This document shows, in pieces, positions 53,627 to 62,117 of a DNA stretch of 64,000 nucleotides. Source of the DNA: Candidatus Magasanikiibacteriota bacterium (lineage in GTDB: Bacteria > Patescibacteriota > Patescibacteriia > Magasanikbacterales > UBA922); contig JBAQFA010000009.1 in assembly GCA_049287025.1 (NCBI GenBank), forward strand, positions 24,802 through 88,801, read 5' to 3'. Each line of letters starts with the position of its first letter. The stretch's first letter is position 1. The notes under the pieces were generated by a model. It was not told the origin of the DNA, made no database searches, and worked only from the letters and a program-made list of their open reading frames with translations. The translations under genes were made by a program, and so were the position numbers.

Positions 53627-55317
53627 ACAACATTTTTCTCCAAATTTCAGTCTTAATGGGAATCACAGTTAGTATTGCACTCATAATGCGTCTGCTTCGT
53701 CAGCCATTAATTGTCGCCTATATTATAGCTGGTCTAGTAGCTGGACCATTATTTTTAAATTTGCTTGGCCACAGTGAAGAATTTTTTAATACCTTTGCCA
53801 AGTTTGGGATTGTTCTCTTGTTGTTTTTGGTAGGTTTGAGTTTGAATTTTACTTATATAAAAAGAATGGGAAAGAAAGTTGTAATTGGTGGTGGTGTTCA
53901 ATTTATTTTGACTTCAATCATTGGAGTAGGGGTGGTAATGTTGTTAGGTTTTAGTTTTCAATCATCATTATTTTTATCAATCGCAGTCGCTTTTTCTAGC
54001 ACGATTATTGTAACCAAATTGTTGGCTGACAAAAAAGATTTGGAAACAGTTTATGGTCGCTATACTATTGGCGTGTTGTTGGTCCAAGACATTATTGCGG
54101 TTTTGTTAATGGTATTTTTTAATACTCCTGATGTCCAAGGCGATATTTGGTATAAGACTTTATTTATTATTTTGAGTAAGGGCTTTATTTTGTTGAGCGT
54201 GGTTTATATCATGGCAAAATTTTTATTACCAAAATTAATGGATCGAGTGGCGCGTAATGGTGAGTTATTATTTATTTTTACGATTGCTTGGTGTTTTGGG
54301 GTGGCGAGTATAGTTTATCTGGGTGGATTTAGTATAGAGATTGGAGCGATTATTGCGGGTATTTCTCTTGGCACTTCACCATATCAACCAGAGATTAGCA
54401 GTCGACTTCGTCCTTTGCGAGATTTTTTCTTAGTATTATTTTTTATTGTGCTTGGTAGCGAATTACAATTTAGTGATATTGGTCGGGCAATTTTTCCAGC
54501 GATTATTTTATCAATGTTTATTTTAATTATTGATCCGATTATTTTATTTTTTGCCATGAGGCGGATTAATTATACTAGACGCAATTCTTTTTTGGCCAGT
54601 ATTACGGCGGCTCAGGTAAGTGAGTTTGGATTTATTATAATTTTTACGGCTAGTGGACTAGGTTATTTACAAGGGGTAGAATTGGCAGTATTAACTTTGA
54701 CCGCTCTAATCACGATTATTGTTTCTTCATATCTTATTACTTACAATGAAAAAATTTATCAATGGCTTTTACCATTTTTTATTCTTTTTGGAAAAGATAA
54801 AGCCACTATGCAAGAAGAAGTAAAAGAAACTTACCAAGTATTTGTTTTTGGTTATCATCGGATTGGTTGGAAAGTATGTGAAGCTTTGGCACGTAAAAAA
54901 ATAAAATATGCGGTGATTGATTATAACCCAGACGCGATCACTCGACTCAAACAGCGTAATATTCCAGCTTTTTTTGGTGATGTGGCTGATGTAGAATTTT
55001 TATCAGAATTGCCATTAGAAAAAGCCGATATGATTATTTCTACTATTCCTACAGCCGATGATCAAATGACTATGATAAAACATATAAGAAAGATGACTAA
55101 TAAAACGGTTATTATTGCTAATCTATATTATAATGATCATTTGGATGATTTGTATGAAGCTGGGGCTAATTATGTGATGATGCCCCACCTACTTGGTGGA
55201 CAATGGATAGCCGAAGTTTTGCATAATCATGCTTGGAGCAAATCAACTTTTGAAAAATTAAAAAAAGAACAACGAGAGGAAATGAAGTTGAGATTTACAG
55301 TAGGGGTGCATGAATAG
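53623..55317 (+). CDS. CPA2-family cation:proton antiporter (Kef-type) with C-terminal RCK/TrkA-N domain
   Basis: It has about 12 TM helices followed by the Rossmann fold VFVFGYHRIGWKVCEAL. I chose the start at the ATG at 53623 (MDNIFLQ...). Confidence 0.8.
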   Translation: MDNIFLQISVLMGITVSIALIMRLLRQPLIVAYIIAGLVAGPLFLNLLGHSEEFFNTFAKFGIVLLLFLVGLSLNFTYIKRMGKKVVIGGGVQFILTSIIGVGVVMLLGFSFQSSLFLSIAVAFSSTIIVTKLLADKKDLETVYGRYTIGVLLVQDIIAVLLMVFFNTPDVQGDIWYKTLFIILSKGFILLSVVYIMAKFLLPKLMDRVARNGELLFIFTIAWCFGVASIVYLGGFSIEIGAIIAGISLGTSPYQPEISSRLRPLRDFFLVLFFIVLGSELQFSDIGRAIFPAIILSMFILIIDPIILFFAMRRINYTRRNSFLASITAAQVSEFGFIIIFTASGLGYLQGVELAVLTLTALITIIVSSYLITYNEKIYQWLLPFFILFGKDKATMQEEVKETYQVFVFGYHRIGWKVCEALARKKIKYAVIDYNPDAITRLKQRNIPAFFGDVADVEFLSELPLEKADMIISTIPTADDQMTMIKHIRKMTNKTVIIANLYYNDHLDDLYEAGANYVMMPHLLGGQWIAEVLHNHAWSKSTFEKLKKEQREEMKLRFTVGVHE

Positions 55318-55578
55318 AAAAGTTGTAAAGTTAAAAGTTATAAAGTTTCTAAAGTAAAAAAATTACCTCTAAACATAGAGGTAATTTTTTATTGACATTG
55401 TCGACCTGTAGATACTATACTTGAACTATATAATAATGTACTAAATAACTTGGAGTTGGTGACTAAATGGAATACTTCAGTTAAAGATTTTTGCAAACAA
55501 GAGATCAGGACTAACACACTTGCTTTTAGATAAAAAGTGGCTTAAAATAGGGTTATATAATGTTTAATCACTTAAAAT

Positions 55579-55761
55579 ATGAACTCACAAGACACTTATA
55601 GCCAAAAAGACAACCACACAGATGTTGCCGAAACACTACCAAATACTAACAACACACCAAGTGATAACCAACCAACAAACAGCCCAAACCAGCAAGTGGT
55701 GGCAAATGACGGAACTACTGTAACTTTAGGCCAAAATGGCCATTCTCATAAGACCAAATAA
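55579..55761 (+). CDS. Small low-complexity (N/T/Q/P-rich) ORF, doubtful
   Basis: 60 aa. I recognise no family and see no RBS. Confidence 0.25.
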   Translation: MNSQDTYSQKDNHTDVAETLPNTNNTPSDNQPTNSPNQQVVANDGTTVTLGQNGHSHKTK

Positions 55762-55813
55762 CTATAGGGCGATTTTCATTGAACTGTAGTTAATATAATA
55801 ATACTATAGTTCT

Positions 55814-56224
55814 ATGATTGATAATCAAACAAAAGAGAAATTCATCGAATTAAGAGCACAAGGAAAAAGTTATAACACAATCTCTAAAGAGATTGGTGTA
55901 AGCAAACCCACACTTATTCAGTGGAGTAGAGAGTTTGTGGACGAAATTTCCAATCTTAAAGCAATAGAATTTGAAGATTTACAAGAAAAGTATTATATAC
56001 ACAAAAGAAAAAGAATAGAAATTTTTGGCACACAACTGGAAGCCATAAAGCAGGAACTTTCTTCAAGAGATCTAAAAACAATTTCAACTGAAAGGCTTTT
56101 GGATTTATTGGCTAAATTTACGACGGTATTGAAAGCAGAAGAAACAACTATAAACTTTACTACAAAAGTCAGTCCCGTTGATGATTATTTAGATCTATCA
56201 GTTGTAAAAAATTGGATTGGATAA
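55814..56224 (+). CDS. HTH-domain protein (resolvase/terminase-small-subunit-like HTH)
   Basis: FIELRAQGKSYNTISKEIGVSKPTLIQWSREF is a typical three-helix HTH. A coiled coil follows. Confidence 0.55.
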   Translation: MIDNQTKEKFIELRAQGKSYNTISKEIGVSKPTLIQWSREFVDEISNLKAIEFEDLQEKYYIHKRKRIEIFGTQLEAIKQELSSRDLKTISTERLLDLLAKFTTVLKAEETTINFTTKVSPVDDYLDLSVVKNWIG

Positions 56225-56341
56225 AATATTACCAAAACTTTACTATTTTTTGACCGAGATATTCAAAGAAAGTATATATTGCTTTTATCTCGTTTTTATG
56301 ATAATATAGCGGTACTAAACATTCAGTAGACTTATAATTTT

Positions 56342-57085
56342 ATGAGTAATAAATATAACAAAAATTTCATTGGAAAGGTTGCTTTTCGTTTAGATTTCTC
56401 CGAAAATGTTGCAATTGGTTCATTGAAAGATCTTCATGAAGAAATAAATGATGTTTTTTCAATAAAAGAAGAAAAAGAGAGTGTGACAGGGTTTGTTCAA
56501 TTAGATTTTAAGAGCGGTGAAATGAGAAATGAAACTGAAAAAATGGCTTCTTGGTTATTTAGCAATACAGAAAAAAATAAAAGAATGGAAATAAATTCGA
56601 GATTTTTGTATTTAGAATATGATAAATACAATGAAAAAACTGAACTATTTGACGATATAAAAAATGTAGTTCAAAAATTCATATCAAAATATAATATAAA
56701 AACTTTTAATCGTATTGGTTTAAGATTTATAAACGAAATAAAGTTACAAGAAAGTGAGCAACTGGATTGGACTAAATATATTGACAAAAACCTAATTGCT
56801 AATCTTATTTTTGTTAAAGATCAAAATAAAAAATTAGCTCGTGCAATGAGTGCCTTAGTTTTCAAAGAAGAAAAAGGTGATATAAATTTTAATTTTGGTA
56901 TTTGGAATAGTGAGTATCCAAACGAGGTTAACAGAAAGGAATTTGTATTAGACTATGATTGTTTTTCAAATTTAGGAATTTCTGATGATGAAGTTTTAGA
57001 ACGCACAGAGCAGTTTCATTCATATATTGAAAAACTATTTGAAGCAAGTATAACGGAAGAATTTAGAGGATTGTTAAATAAATAA
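56342..57085 (+). CDS. Hypothetical protein (possibly TIGR04255-like)
   Basis: 247 aa. The N-terminal ...KVAFRLDF and overall size recall the TIGR04255 family. This is not verifiable here. Confidence 0.45.
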   Translation: MSNKYNKNFIGKVAFRLDFSENVAIGSLKDLHEEINDVFSIKEEKESVTGFVQLDFKSGEMRNETEKMASWLFSNTEKNKRMEINSRFLYLEYDKYNEKTELFDDIKNVVQKFISKYNIKTFNRIGLRFINEIKLQESEQLDWTKYIDKNLIANLIFVKDQNKKLARAMSALVFKEEKGDINFNFGIWNSEYPNEVNRKEFVLDYDCFSNLGISDDEVLERTEQFHSYIEKLFEASITEEFRGLLNK

Positions 57086-57088
57086 AAT

Positions 57089-57289
57089 ATGAATAATAAT
57101 TACTCGCAACAGTCTGCCCAGACAGCAGGTTCAAATGACTCTGGTTATTTTGCAAAACAAAATAATTCTACAGTAACGAGTGATTATATAACTAAAACCA
57201 AGGAAACAGCTGAATTTGTAGTTGTTAATGGTTCAGGTTATTCACAAAGACAGGCAAGAATTGTGAAAAGTAAATATGTTAGAAAGTAA
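57089..57289 (+). CDS. Small hypothetical protein
   Basis: 66 aa, tightly packed between neighbours and overlapping the next ORF by 14 nt. Confidence 0.35.
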   Translation: MNNNYSQQSAQTAGSNDSGYFAKQNNSTVTSDYITKTKETAEFVVVNGSGYSQRQARIVKSKYVRK

Positions 57290-57854
57290 TATTAAATCTT
57301 TTTATAAAAAACACAGCAAGGAGCGATTTTGCCAAGGTGATATTTTGAGAGATGTAAAAGTTTCAATTGACATTCCAATCGAATGGCAACAATCAGAGGG
57401 TAATACCACAGATTATGATTTACCGTATTGTGTTATTATGACACAAGATTGTGACTTGGATAGAGATTTCGAAAGTAAAAAAGGTGAAAAACTCACAAAC
57501 AACGACAAACATTTACCGACAATTTTAGTTTGTCCAGCATATCGTGATCTTCCTTTTTATGAGGGTAAACATCTTGTAGGCTGGAAAATGCAGGAATACA
57601 AAGGCAAGGCATTAGAAAAAATACAAAAAAACGATGAAATAAACAGGTGCCACTTTCTAAAAGGTGACAGTACCTTACAAATACCAAATCTTGTAATTGA
57701 CTTCAAACATTTCTACACATTGCCAACAAGTATACTTTATGAACAATACAACGATATTTATTTAGCAACTATAAATGAATTATTCAGAGAGAGGCTATCA
57801 CAACGTTTCGCTAATTATTTATCGAGATTTGGTTTGCCAGAATTAAAATCATAG
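57276..57854 (+). CDS. Hypothetical protein with a CVIMTQDCDLDRD motif
   Basis: 192 aa. I recognise no family with confidence. Confidence 0.45.
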   Translation: MLESNIKSFYKKHSKERFCQGDILRDVKVSIDIPIEWQQSEGNTTDYDLPYCVIMTQDCDLDRDFESKKGEKLTNNDKHLPTILVCPAYRDLPFYEGKHLVGWKMQEYKGKALEKIQKNDEINRCHFLKGDSTLQIPNLVIDFKHFYTLPTSILYEQYNDIYLATINELFRERLSQRFANYLSRFGLPELKS

Positions 57855-57910
57855 ATAAAGATTTTATAAAATACGATAATATATAACCAGCTGATAAAGC
57901 TGGTTTATTA

Positions 57911-57939
57911 TTGCTAAATAAACATCAGTATGGTAAAAT
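57911..57939 (+). promoter_or_regulatory. Promoter with extended -10 driving the structured RNA
   Basis: TTGCTA (57911-57916), a 17-nt spacer, then TGgTAAAAT (-10 at 57934-57939). Confidence 0.5.
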
Positions 57940-57945
57940 CATAAT

Positions 57946-58097
57946 GCTAACCCACAACTTAATATACACAAGAATGAATGAGGTTCTCCTCATCTTTTGT
58001 CCGTTTGCGACCAGAGATGGGGTAGCAACCTTCCACAAACGGGCATTCTTGTGTTCGCAAAGTGGGTTAGCAGGTATGCTATCCCTTTTTTGTTTTT
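57946..58097 (+). ncRNA. Riboswitch-like structured RNA / sRNA (unknown class) with overlapping terminator
   Basis: P1 pairs gctaacccac (57946-57955) with gtgggttagc (58062-71). P2 pairs cacaagaatg (57967-76) with cattcttgtg (58044-53). P3 is the hairpin atgagg-ttct-cctcat (57978-93). P4 pairs ccgtttg (58001-07) with caaacgg (58036-42). The terminator gggttagc-aggtat-gctatccc plus a T-run (58064-58096) shares the 3' strand of P1. Confidence 0.55.
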
Positions 58098-58228
58098 AAT
58101 TTAATAAAAGATTACACAGTCTTTTACAATTTTACACAAAAATTGGACAAAATTGGACAAAAATCATTCAAGTTCATACACAAATTACGGGTTTCACATT
58201 AACCCGACTAATTATTAACATAGATTAT

Positions 58229-58744
58229 ATGAAAAAATGTCAGTTTTGTGCTGAAGAAGTGCAAGATGAAGCCATAGTATGTAAACACTGTGGCAAAGAA
58301 TTAAATAAGCAGGCTGTAAAAAAGAAGGAGTATAATTGGACATTTCGCAAAATTAGTTGTGCGGTTATATTAGTCCCAGTAGTCTTGATTTTTGTAATTA
58401 CCATGGCGGGCGGATGCAATAATTCTAAATCAACCCCAACAGATAGTGCATTATCAAACGTGGGCGTTGGACAGGAAGGTTTCTTACGTACGAGTGATAC
58501 TGGTGCGGATGTTTTGTTAGCTACTTCAGAAAAATCATTTGATGATTTAATTAATGCATCGGTTGCAAAAGATACAATTGGTATGGCACAAATTGTCCTT
58601 AATGGTAATGCTTTTTACATCCCTTATAACACAAAAGTATTAGTGATCGAGTCTTCTTTTGCTAAAAGAAAAGTACGTATTTTGGAAGGTGAGAAAGTAG
58701 GCGAAACTGGTTGGATACCCTATGAGTTTGTTGTTGCAAAATAA
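58229..58744 (+). CDS. Zinc-ribbon membrane protein
   Basis: It has an N-terminal CQFCAEEV...CKHCG ribbon, one TM segment and an extracytoplasmic beta-rich (SH3-like?) C-terminus. Confidence 0.55.
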   Translation: MKKCQFCAEEVQDEAIVCKHCGKELNKQAVKKKEYNWTFRKISCAVILVPVVLIFVITMAGGCNNSKSTPTDSALSNVGVGQEGFLRTSDTGADVLLATSEKSFDDLINASVAKDTIGMAQIVLNGNAFYIPYNTKVLVIESSFAKRKVRILEGEKVGETGWIPYEFVVAK

Positions 58745-58804
58745 TGGAAAACAAACAAAAAACCTGCTATATTAATAGTAGGTTTTTTTATTAAAATAAA
58801 TATT

Positions 58805-60442
58805 ATGACAACCACACAAGATTTGTACAAAATGATCGGAACTGCACAACAGCAGGAAGAAGATAAGGATGACGTTTCAAAATATCGATACGTTATTTAT
58901 GCTCGAAAATCTACAGATGATAAAGAAAAACAAATCAGATCATTAGGTGATCAAATTAAAGAATGTAAGGATTATGCTGAAAGAAATGGACTTAGATGTT
59001 TACCGAAACCAATAACGGAGTCAGAGTCTGCCAAGGAACCAGACATAAGGCCAGAGTTTAAGAAATTAATTGATGACATTAAAAAAGCTAAATATGATGG
59101 TATTTTGGCTTGGCATCCAGACCGTTTGGCCAGAAATATGAAGGATGCTGGAGAGATAATAGATCTGTTGGATAAAAAGATAGTGAAAGACCTAAAATTC
59201 GTAACATTTACGTTTGAGAACAATACAATGGGTAAAATGTTGTTAGGGATGGCTTTCGTGCTGTCTAAGCAGTATTCTGACGCTTTAAGTGATAATGTAA
59301 AACGAGGAACAAGTAGAAGTATTGAAGAAGGTAGATGGTTGAACAAAGCTAAACATGGTTATTATAAAGATCGTAATCAAATACTGCATCCAGATGGTAG
59401 ATTTTTTAATCTGATTGAGAATATTTTTAGGATGAGAATAGATAATAAAAGTTTGGATGATATAGCTGATTATTTGAATGAAAATAGATATTGTTGTGCC
59501 CCACCTTCTAAGAATGAAGCTGACCGTAGCCCATTTCAAATGACCAAACAGATCGTCTCTAAAATTGTGAGAGACCCATTTTACACTGGCATTCTTAAGT
59601 ATGGAGAAAACAAGGTTGATTTAACTGAAATTTATGACTTTACTCCTGCTGTAAGTGTGGATGATTTTCTGAAAATAAACAACTTTTCTGATATTGAAAA
59701 AGCTCTAAAATTAACTGGAAAAATTTATAAAGACAACGCAATCAAGGCAGATTTGATGAGAGGAATGATAATTTGTGGTGAATGTGATGGAAGTATGACA
59801 TCTGGAATTACTCCTAAAAAAACAAAAAATGGTAAAACTAATTATTTTTATTACAGATGTGATAACCCTGTTTGTAAAAATAAAGGTAAGTCTATAAGGG
59901 CAAAAGTAATTATTGACTTTGCCTGTCAATATTTGGAAAAAAACAAATTTACCTCTCATTCTATATATGGGCATTATATCCAAGAAATGAAAAAAGTTGT
60001 AATGGAAAAAGAGAGGTCTCTCATACAAAAAATTCGTTCATTGACGGAGACCAGAGTACACAAAAAAAATCAATTTGAAAAGACAAAAAAATCTCTTATA
60101 CAAGAGACTGACGAAGACATCAAGGGTTTTTTTAAGGAAGATTTGAAACAATTAGAAAAGGACATCAATAATTTAGAAACCGAAATAGATGAATTGAAAG
60201 ATGAGAAAGAAAGAAATAATAGCGTCACGCTGACTTACTCAGAATACCTTGAACTGTTCAATAATTTAGCTGAGCGTATTAAAAAAATAGGCGTTATGGA
60301 AGACCTAAATTTTATAATGAAAAAAATCTTCTTGAACTTTACTATAAAAGAGGGAAAAGTGGCTCTATATACACTAAACTCCCCATTCGGGGAGTTCGTG
60401 AAAGACCGTATTGTCTTGACATGTCGGGGTGAAAGGACTTGA
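58805..60442 (+). CDS. Large serine recombinase (resolvase/invertase N-domain + recombinase domain + zinc ribbon + coiled coil)
   Basis: The catalytic-Ser region is YVIYARKSTDDKEKQIRSLGDQ. WHPDRLARN is present. The Cys4 cluster is CGECDG...YYRCDNPVC. The C-terminal coiled coil is long. Confidence 0.85.
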   Translation: MTTTQDLYKMIGTAQQQEEDKDDVSKYRYVIYARKSTDDKEKQIRSLGDQIKECKDYAERNGLRCLPKPITESESAKEPDIRPEFKKLIDDIKKAKYDGILAWHPDRLARNMKDAGEIIDLLDKKIVKDLKFVTFTFENNTMGKMLLGMAFVLSKQYSDALSDNVKRGTSRSIEEGRWLNKAKHGYYKDRNQILHPDGRFFNLIENIFRMRIDNKSLDDIADYLNENRYCCAPPSKNEADRSPFQMTKQIVSKIVRDPFYTGILKYGENKVDLTEIYDFTPAVSVDDFLKINNFSDIEKALKLTGKIYKDNAIKADLMRGMIICGECDGSMTSGITPKKTKNGKTNYFYYRCDNPVCKNKGKSIRAKVIIDFACQYLEKNKFTSHSIYGHYIQEMKKVVMEKERSLIQKIRSLTETRVHKKNQFEKTKKSLIQETDEDIKGFFKEDLKQLEKDINNLETEIDELKDEKERNNSVTLTYSEYLELFNNLAERIKKIGVMEDLNFIMKKIFLNFTIKEGKVALYTLNSPFGEFVKDRIVLTCRGERT

Positions 60443-60497
60443 ACCTTCGGCCTCCTGGTCCCAAACCAGGCGCTCTAGCCAACTGAGCTACACCCCG
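60424..60497 (-). tRNA. tRNA-Pro (TGG)
   Basis: The reverse complement reads cggggtg-ta-gctcagttggctagagc-g-cctgg-ttTGGga-ccagg-...gaaggttcaagtccttt-caccccg-a. Confidence 0.9.
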
Positions 60498-60541
60498 TTA
60501 AAGTTATAAAGTTGAAAGTTTTAAAGTTCAAAAAAATAACT

Positions 60542-60616
60542 TGGTGCCGAGGGCCAGGATCGAACTGGCGACACGTGGATTTTCAGTCCACTGCTCTACC
60601 ACTGAGCTACCTCGGC
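60542..60616 (-). tRNA. tRNA-Phe (GAA), CCA encoded
   Basis: The reverse complement reads gccgagg-ta-gctcagtggtagagc-a-gtgga-ctGAAaa-tccac-gtgtc-gccagttcgatcctggc-cctcggc-acca. Confidence 0.9.
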
Positions 60617-60624
60617 TTGTTTTG

Positions 60625-60698
60625 TGGACCTGAGGAGATTCGAACTCCTGACCCCCTGCTTGCAAAGCAGGTGCTCTAGCCAGCTGAGCTACAGGCCC
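60625..60698 (-). tRNA. tRNA-Ala (TGC)
   Basis: The reverse complement reads gggcctg-ta-gctcagctggctagagc-a-cctgc-ttTGCaa-gcagg-...caggagttcgaatctcct-caggtcc-a, with G3:U70. Confidence 0.9.
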
Positions 60699-60825
60699 TT
60701 TTTTAAAAACCCAAAACAAAAGTGGGGATATTATAGCAACTAGTGATATTTTTGTCAATCTTATTCTCATTTATCAGTTTTTATGGTAAAATATAAACAA
60801 TTATTAATAAATTATAAAAATAATT

Positions 60826-61239
60826 ATGGAATATTTATATTTTACTTTACAGATTTTATTAGCCATAGTTTTGGGTGGAGTATTAGGTTGGCAAAGAGAA
60901 AAAATTGGTAAGCCTGCTGGTCCACGTACTTATGCTTTGGTGGCTGCTGGGTCAGCTTTGTTTACTCTTTTATCTCTTTCGGCTTTTGGCACAGTCAATA
61001 CAGTACAGGTGGCCGCACAAATTGTGACAGGTGTGGGTTTTCTTGGGGCGGGAATAATCATTCATCGCGATGGTGGAATTGTAGAGGGTCTCACTACAGC
61101 AGCTGGTTTTTGGGCAGCCGCTGCTATTGGTATGGCAGTGGGGGCTGGTTGGTTGATTCAAGCGGGGATAGCTACTTTATTATTACTAATTATTTTATCT
61201 ATTGATGATCATAAATTTTTAAGAAAGAAAAAGAGATAG
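60826..61239 (+). CDS. MgtC/SapB-family membrane protein
   Basis: 137 aa with 4-5 TM segments. LGWQREKIGKPAGPRTYALV...GVGFLGAGIII is typical of the MgtC N-domain. Confidence 0.8.
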   Translation: MEYLYFTLQILLAIVLGGVLGWQREKIGKPAGPRTYALVAAGSALFTLLSLSAFGTVNTVQVAAQIVTGVGFLGAGIIIHRDGGIVEGLTTAAGFWAAAAIGMAVGAGWLIQAGIATLLLLIILSIDDHKFLRKKKR

Positions 61240-61303
61240 ATTTTAGCTTATTGACAAAAAGTGAACTTATTGTTAAAATAAATTCACTTTTTTATTTAAA
61301 CAA

Positions 61304-61477
61304 GCGGGTATCACCCTCCTTCGTCCATCCTTCGCTAATGCTTCGGAGGACTACGGATGGGCAAGTATAACGGTTATTACCTGCCCGACATGCCTGATGG
61401 CAATCAAGGTAGGTGGGTCCGAGTTTTCTCCCGCCCCGAGGGCGGGATCCCTCTGTGGAGGGACAAACTCATGAAAG
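61304..61477 (+). pseudogene. Mosaic tRNA-Gly-like sequence: tRNA-Gly 5' two-thirds interrupted by three GC-rich insertions, no T-arm
   Basis: The segments gcgggtatca / tataacggttatta / tccgagttttc / aaactcatgaaag are collinear with tRNA-Gly 61578-61625. They are separated by structured inserts of about 51, 38 and 35 nt. Confidence 0.5.
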
Positions 61478-61501
61478 AAAATTAATTTTACAATTTAACA
61501 C

Positions 61502-61577
61502 GCGGGTATCATATATGTTCCATATATAATACTCCTCGTTCGGAAGAGCGAAAATAAATTTTCTCTCTTCACTCACT
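61502..61577 (+). repeat. Second partial copy of the tRNA-Gly 5' end (gcgggtatcatata) plus unique spacer
   Basis: The 14 nt at 61502-61515 are identical to 61578-61591, after which the sequences diverge. Confidence 0.6.
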
Positions 61578-61649
61578 GCGGGTATCATATAACGGTTATT
61601 ATCCGAGTTTTCCAAACTCGTGAAAGGAGTTCGACTCTCCTTACCCGCT
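61578..61649 (+). tRNA. tRNA-Gly (TCC)
   Basis: gcgggta-tc-atat-aacggtta-ttat-c-cgagt-ttTCCaa-actcg-tgaa-aggag-ttcgact-ctcct-tacccgc-t. A terminator hairpin follows at 61657-61690. Confidence 0.85.
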
Positions 61650-61730
61650 CATTGTCAAACTTCGCTTAAACAGCGGAGTTTTTATATTTTTATCTATATG
61701 ATATAATTGAATCAAATTAGTTTTATAAAT

Positions 61731-62006
61731 ATGAAAAAAATAATTTTACCAGTTTTTATCGTTATAATAATGCTTTCAGCAGTGGTAATATTAAACATTC
61801 ACGTAATTAAATATAATCGACACTTAGTTCCGGAACCACTATATAAATATTTTACAGATAGTAAACTTCGTGTAGAATATAAAAAATATAAAATTTGTGA
61901 TTCATATACCAGTAAAGAAATTTGCACCTCTCAGCCGAGTTGTACATGGGCCAATTTTTGGTTTGATGGAATGGAAAAAGCAGAAGAATATTGTTCGACC
62001 AAATAG
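61731..62006 (+). CDS. Small secreted/membrane-anchored Cys-containing protein
   Basis: It has an N-terminal hydrophobic anchor (MKKIILPVFIVIIMLSAVVIL) and 4 Cys in the C-terminal half. I chose the start ATG at 61731. Confidence 0.45.
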   Translation: MKKIILPVFIVIIMLSAVVILNIHVIKYNRHLVPEPLYKYFTDSKLRVEYKKYKICDSYTSKEICTSQPSCTWANFWFDGMEKAEEYCSTK

Positions 62007-62117
62007 ATTAAGTAACCATCATATAGGTTCTAACATCTTCTACCAAGGAACTTAAAAACAAAACAGGGTATTACTCCTGTTTTGTTGATTTTATAAATAA
62101 CTAAACCAATTATTTTT

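Larger units (their letters stand above)
55392..60442 (+). mobile_element. Putative integrative island next to tRNA-Pro (serine-recombinase type)
   Basis: The block consists of ORFans and small HTH or zinc-ribbon genes. It ends with a large serine recombinase whose last 19 nt overlap the 3' end of tRNA-Pro on the opposite strand. I could not define the left border; it is provisionally placed after the kef terminator (55356-55391). Confidence 0.5.

Noticed and set aside
55409-55416. acttgaac interpreted as the left att core of the recombinase island, matching 60437-60444 in tRNA-Pro.
   Set aside because: An 8-nt match in AT-rich DNA is expected by chance. Large serine recombinases need only a 2-bp crossover core, so the border cannot be called from the sequence alone. 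It is mentioned only as something to test.
57911-58099. The 62-aa plus-strand ORF.
   Set aside because: It coincides exactly with the promoter, the four-helix RNA structure and the terminator. It has no RBS, and the RNA interpretation explains the sequence better.
60528-60770. The 80-aa minus-strand ORF.
   Set aside because: It is composed of the sequences of tRNA-Phe and tRNA-Ala read as protein, so it is spurious.
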